In this document: one piece after another, positions 29,638 through 31,232 of the stretch
Numbering within the stretch: the first letter of the stretch is position 1
Layout: each line of letters starts with the position of its first letter
DNA from: Candidatus Asgardarchaeum abyssi
GTDB lineage: Archaea > Asgardarchaeota > Asgardarchaeia > Asgardarchaeales > Asgardarchaeaceae
Direction of reading: 5' to 3'
Assembly: GCA_040225955.1 (NCBI GenBank)
Contig: JBECUL010000027.1
Location: 1-31,232 of the forward strand
DNA length: 31,232 bases
Position numbers and translations under genes: made by a program
Notes under the pieces: generated by a model
Databases searched by the model: none
What the model was told of the DNA's origin: nothing
Seen by the model: the letters and a program-made list of their open reading frames with translations, nothing else

Positions 29638-30612
29638 ATGAAAAAGAACTTCTATATCACTCAGGATGGAATATTAAAAAGAAGAGAGAATACGATATAC
29701 TTTGTTAACAAGGATAAACGTGTGCCAATCCCTATCGAGCAAATCCACACTATCTACATAACTGGAAATGTAACTCTTTCATCTCAAGTTCTGCGACTCC
29801 TCTCTCAAAAGAAAATTGAGGTTCACATTTTTAACAAGCATGGATTTTATACTGGTTCCTTTTACCCGAGGGAAAAATACGTCTCTGGCAGTTTGATAAT
29901 AAAACAAGCTGAACATTATTTAAACCATCAAAAAAGAATTTACCTGGCAAAAAGCTTCGTTAGAGGGGCCGCATTAAACATCAAAAAGAATTTAGCATAT
30001 TTTAAAATATCTGGAGTTTCAAACGAAATAGACCTAATACTCGCAGAAATGGACTCTGCAACCTCTATATCTGAAATAATGAATATTGAAGCCAGAATCA
30101 GAATAAAATACTACGAGTCTCTCGATAGTATTCTTCCTGAAGATTTCTCTTACGTCAGAAGAACAAGACAACCACCAGAAAACAGATTCAATGCACTTCT
30201 GAGCTTCCTCAACTCTCTTCTCTATTCAACAATCTTAGCAGAACTCTATCACACACAGCTCAATCCAACCATATCCTATCTGCATGAACCATCTGAAAGA
30301 CGCTTTTCTCTTGCATATGACATTAGTGAAATCTTTAAACCATTTATCGTCGATCGACTGATATTCTATCTGATTAATAAACGAATAATAAAAACCACAC
30401 ATTTTATTGATGATCTAAACGCATGTCTCCTTAATAGCGAGGGAAAACGTATTGTTCTAAGATACTATGACGATAGGCTAAAAAGTACAATTAAACATAA
30501 AACACTAAATCGCTCTGTCTCTTATCAATTTCTTATACGTTTAGAGGCCTACAAACTCATTAAACATCTTCTAGGATTGAAAGTCTATAAACCCTTTGTA
30601 ATTTGGTGGTAA
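29638..30612 (+). CDS. cas1: Cas1 integrase (type I-B-like)
   Basis: R.RQPPENRFNALLSF, LNPTISYLHEP and LAYDISEIFKP. Confidence 0.97.
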   Translation: MKKNFYITQDGILKRRENTIYFVNKDKRVPIPIEQIHTIYITGNVTLSSQVLRLLSQKKIEVHIFNKHGFYTGSFYPREKYVSGSLIIKQAEHYLNHQKRIYLAKSFVRGAALNIKKNLAYFKISGVSNEIDLILAEMDSATSISEIMNIEARIRIKYYESLDSILPEDFSYVRRTRQPPENRFNALLSFLNSLLYSTILAELYHTQLNPTISYLHEPSERRFSLAYDISEIFKPFIVDRLIFYLINKRIIKTTHFIDDLNACLLNSEGKRIVLRYYDDRLKSTIKHKTLNRSVSYQFLIRLEAYKLIKHLLGLKVYKPFVIWW

Positions 30613-30615
30613 TAC

Positions 30616-30876
30616 ATGTACCTGATAGTAGTTTATGATGTGGCGGTAGAACGAGTAAATGCTGTCAAAAAATACCTTAGGACTCAATTAACATGGATTC
30701 AAAACTCTGTGTTCGAAGGAGAAGTCACCCCTTCTCAATTTGAGGAAATAAAAAGCGAAATTAAAAACCTTATCGATGAAAATCACGACTCGGTAATCTT
30801 CTATATCATGAAATATCCGAACTTCAAAAAAGAAGTAATGGGTGTTGAGAAGGGATCTGTGGAAAATATCTTGTGA
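30616..30876 (+). CDS. cas2: Cas2
   Basis: YLIVVYDV, WIQNSVFEG and DSV. Confidence 0.97.
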   Translation: MYLIVVYDVAVERVNAVKKYLRTQLTWIQNSVFEGEVTPSQFEEIKSEIKNLIDENHDSVIFYIMKYPNFKKEVMGVEKGSVENIL

Positions 30877-30939
30877 ATATCCCTGAAAATTTTTACTCAA
30901 TTACTTTCCAAAAATAACTTATCTGGTTTGTCAACTCAG

Positions 30940-31232
30940 AAATTTCCAACATCACAATGTTATATATTTTATGTTCATAAAATATTATATATAAAAAATG
31001 GCTTATTTCCGCAAATTGAAAAATATAAACGTCTTTAGATGAATTTATCACAAGGAAAATCAAAATTTTCCAGTTTTATGATCTAAACACGTTCTATTTC
31101 AAAAAATAAGCAAAATGAGAGTGTCGGAGATCTCTTAGGAGATCACACTGTTATAGGGATCTTGGAACCCTTATAAGCAGAAAAAGGAAGGAAAAAGCTT
31201 ATTTACCCGAAAAAAGAAATAAACCACGCCTG
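30940..31232 (+). promoter_or_regulatory. CRISPR leader 2 (inverted copy of leader 1); the final G is probably the first base of a repeat of a second array outside the window
   Basis: The reverse complement of the last 77 nt is identical to 19911-19987, and similarity continues to 30940/20203. BRE/TATA GAAAAAGCTTATTTA at 31191-31205. Confidence 0.88.

Noticed and set aside
19911-31232. Inverted 293-bp ends interpreted as transposon or casposon TIRs
   Set aside because: No transposase, integrase or PolB gene; cas1 sits in a normal cas4-cas1-cas2 module; the repeats are explained as CRISPR leaders.

Overview
AT-rich archaeal chromosomal segment. GGTGA-type RBSs, BRE/TATA promoters and a Thermococcales-like CRISPR repeat point to archaea; the surface-protein and tandem-Lrp families hint at an Asgard-like lineage (inference only). 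The left third holds the 3' part of an M28/DUF4910-like peptidase gene and a pyrimidine biosynthesis cluster (pyrG; pyrB-pyrI-pyrF-pyrE-pyrD on the - strand; pyrC-pyrK divergently on +) interrupted by a decayed surface-protein gene. The right two thirds are a type I-B CRISPR-Cas locus: a small unknown ORF plus cas6, a secreted (alpha/alpha)6-barrel protein, an array of 81 identical 30-bp repeats (hand count) transcribed leftwards, then cas8b(+internal cas11)-cas7-cas5-cas3-cas4-cas1-cas2 and an inverted second copy of the 293-bp leader that ends exactly at the window edge. The most novel element lies between the leader and cas8b. It is a three-part non-cas module: a 520-aa protein with a C-terminal winged helix, a convergent 530-aa tandem Lrp/AsnC-like regulator, and an unannotated 23-aa Trp/Pro/Asp-rich peptide gene (MVLKSTPEPDWPPDDDWPWPIDG) embedded in a GC-rich, multi-hairpin RNA. 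It is a candidate peptide- or RNA-controlled regulatory system for CRISPR immunity. All family assignments come from motif recognition by eye; no searches were run.
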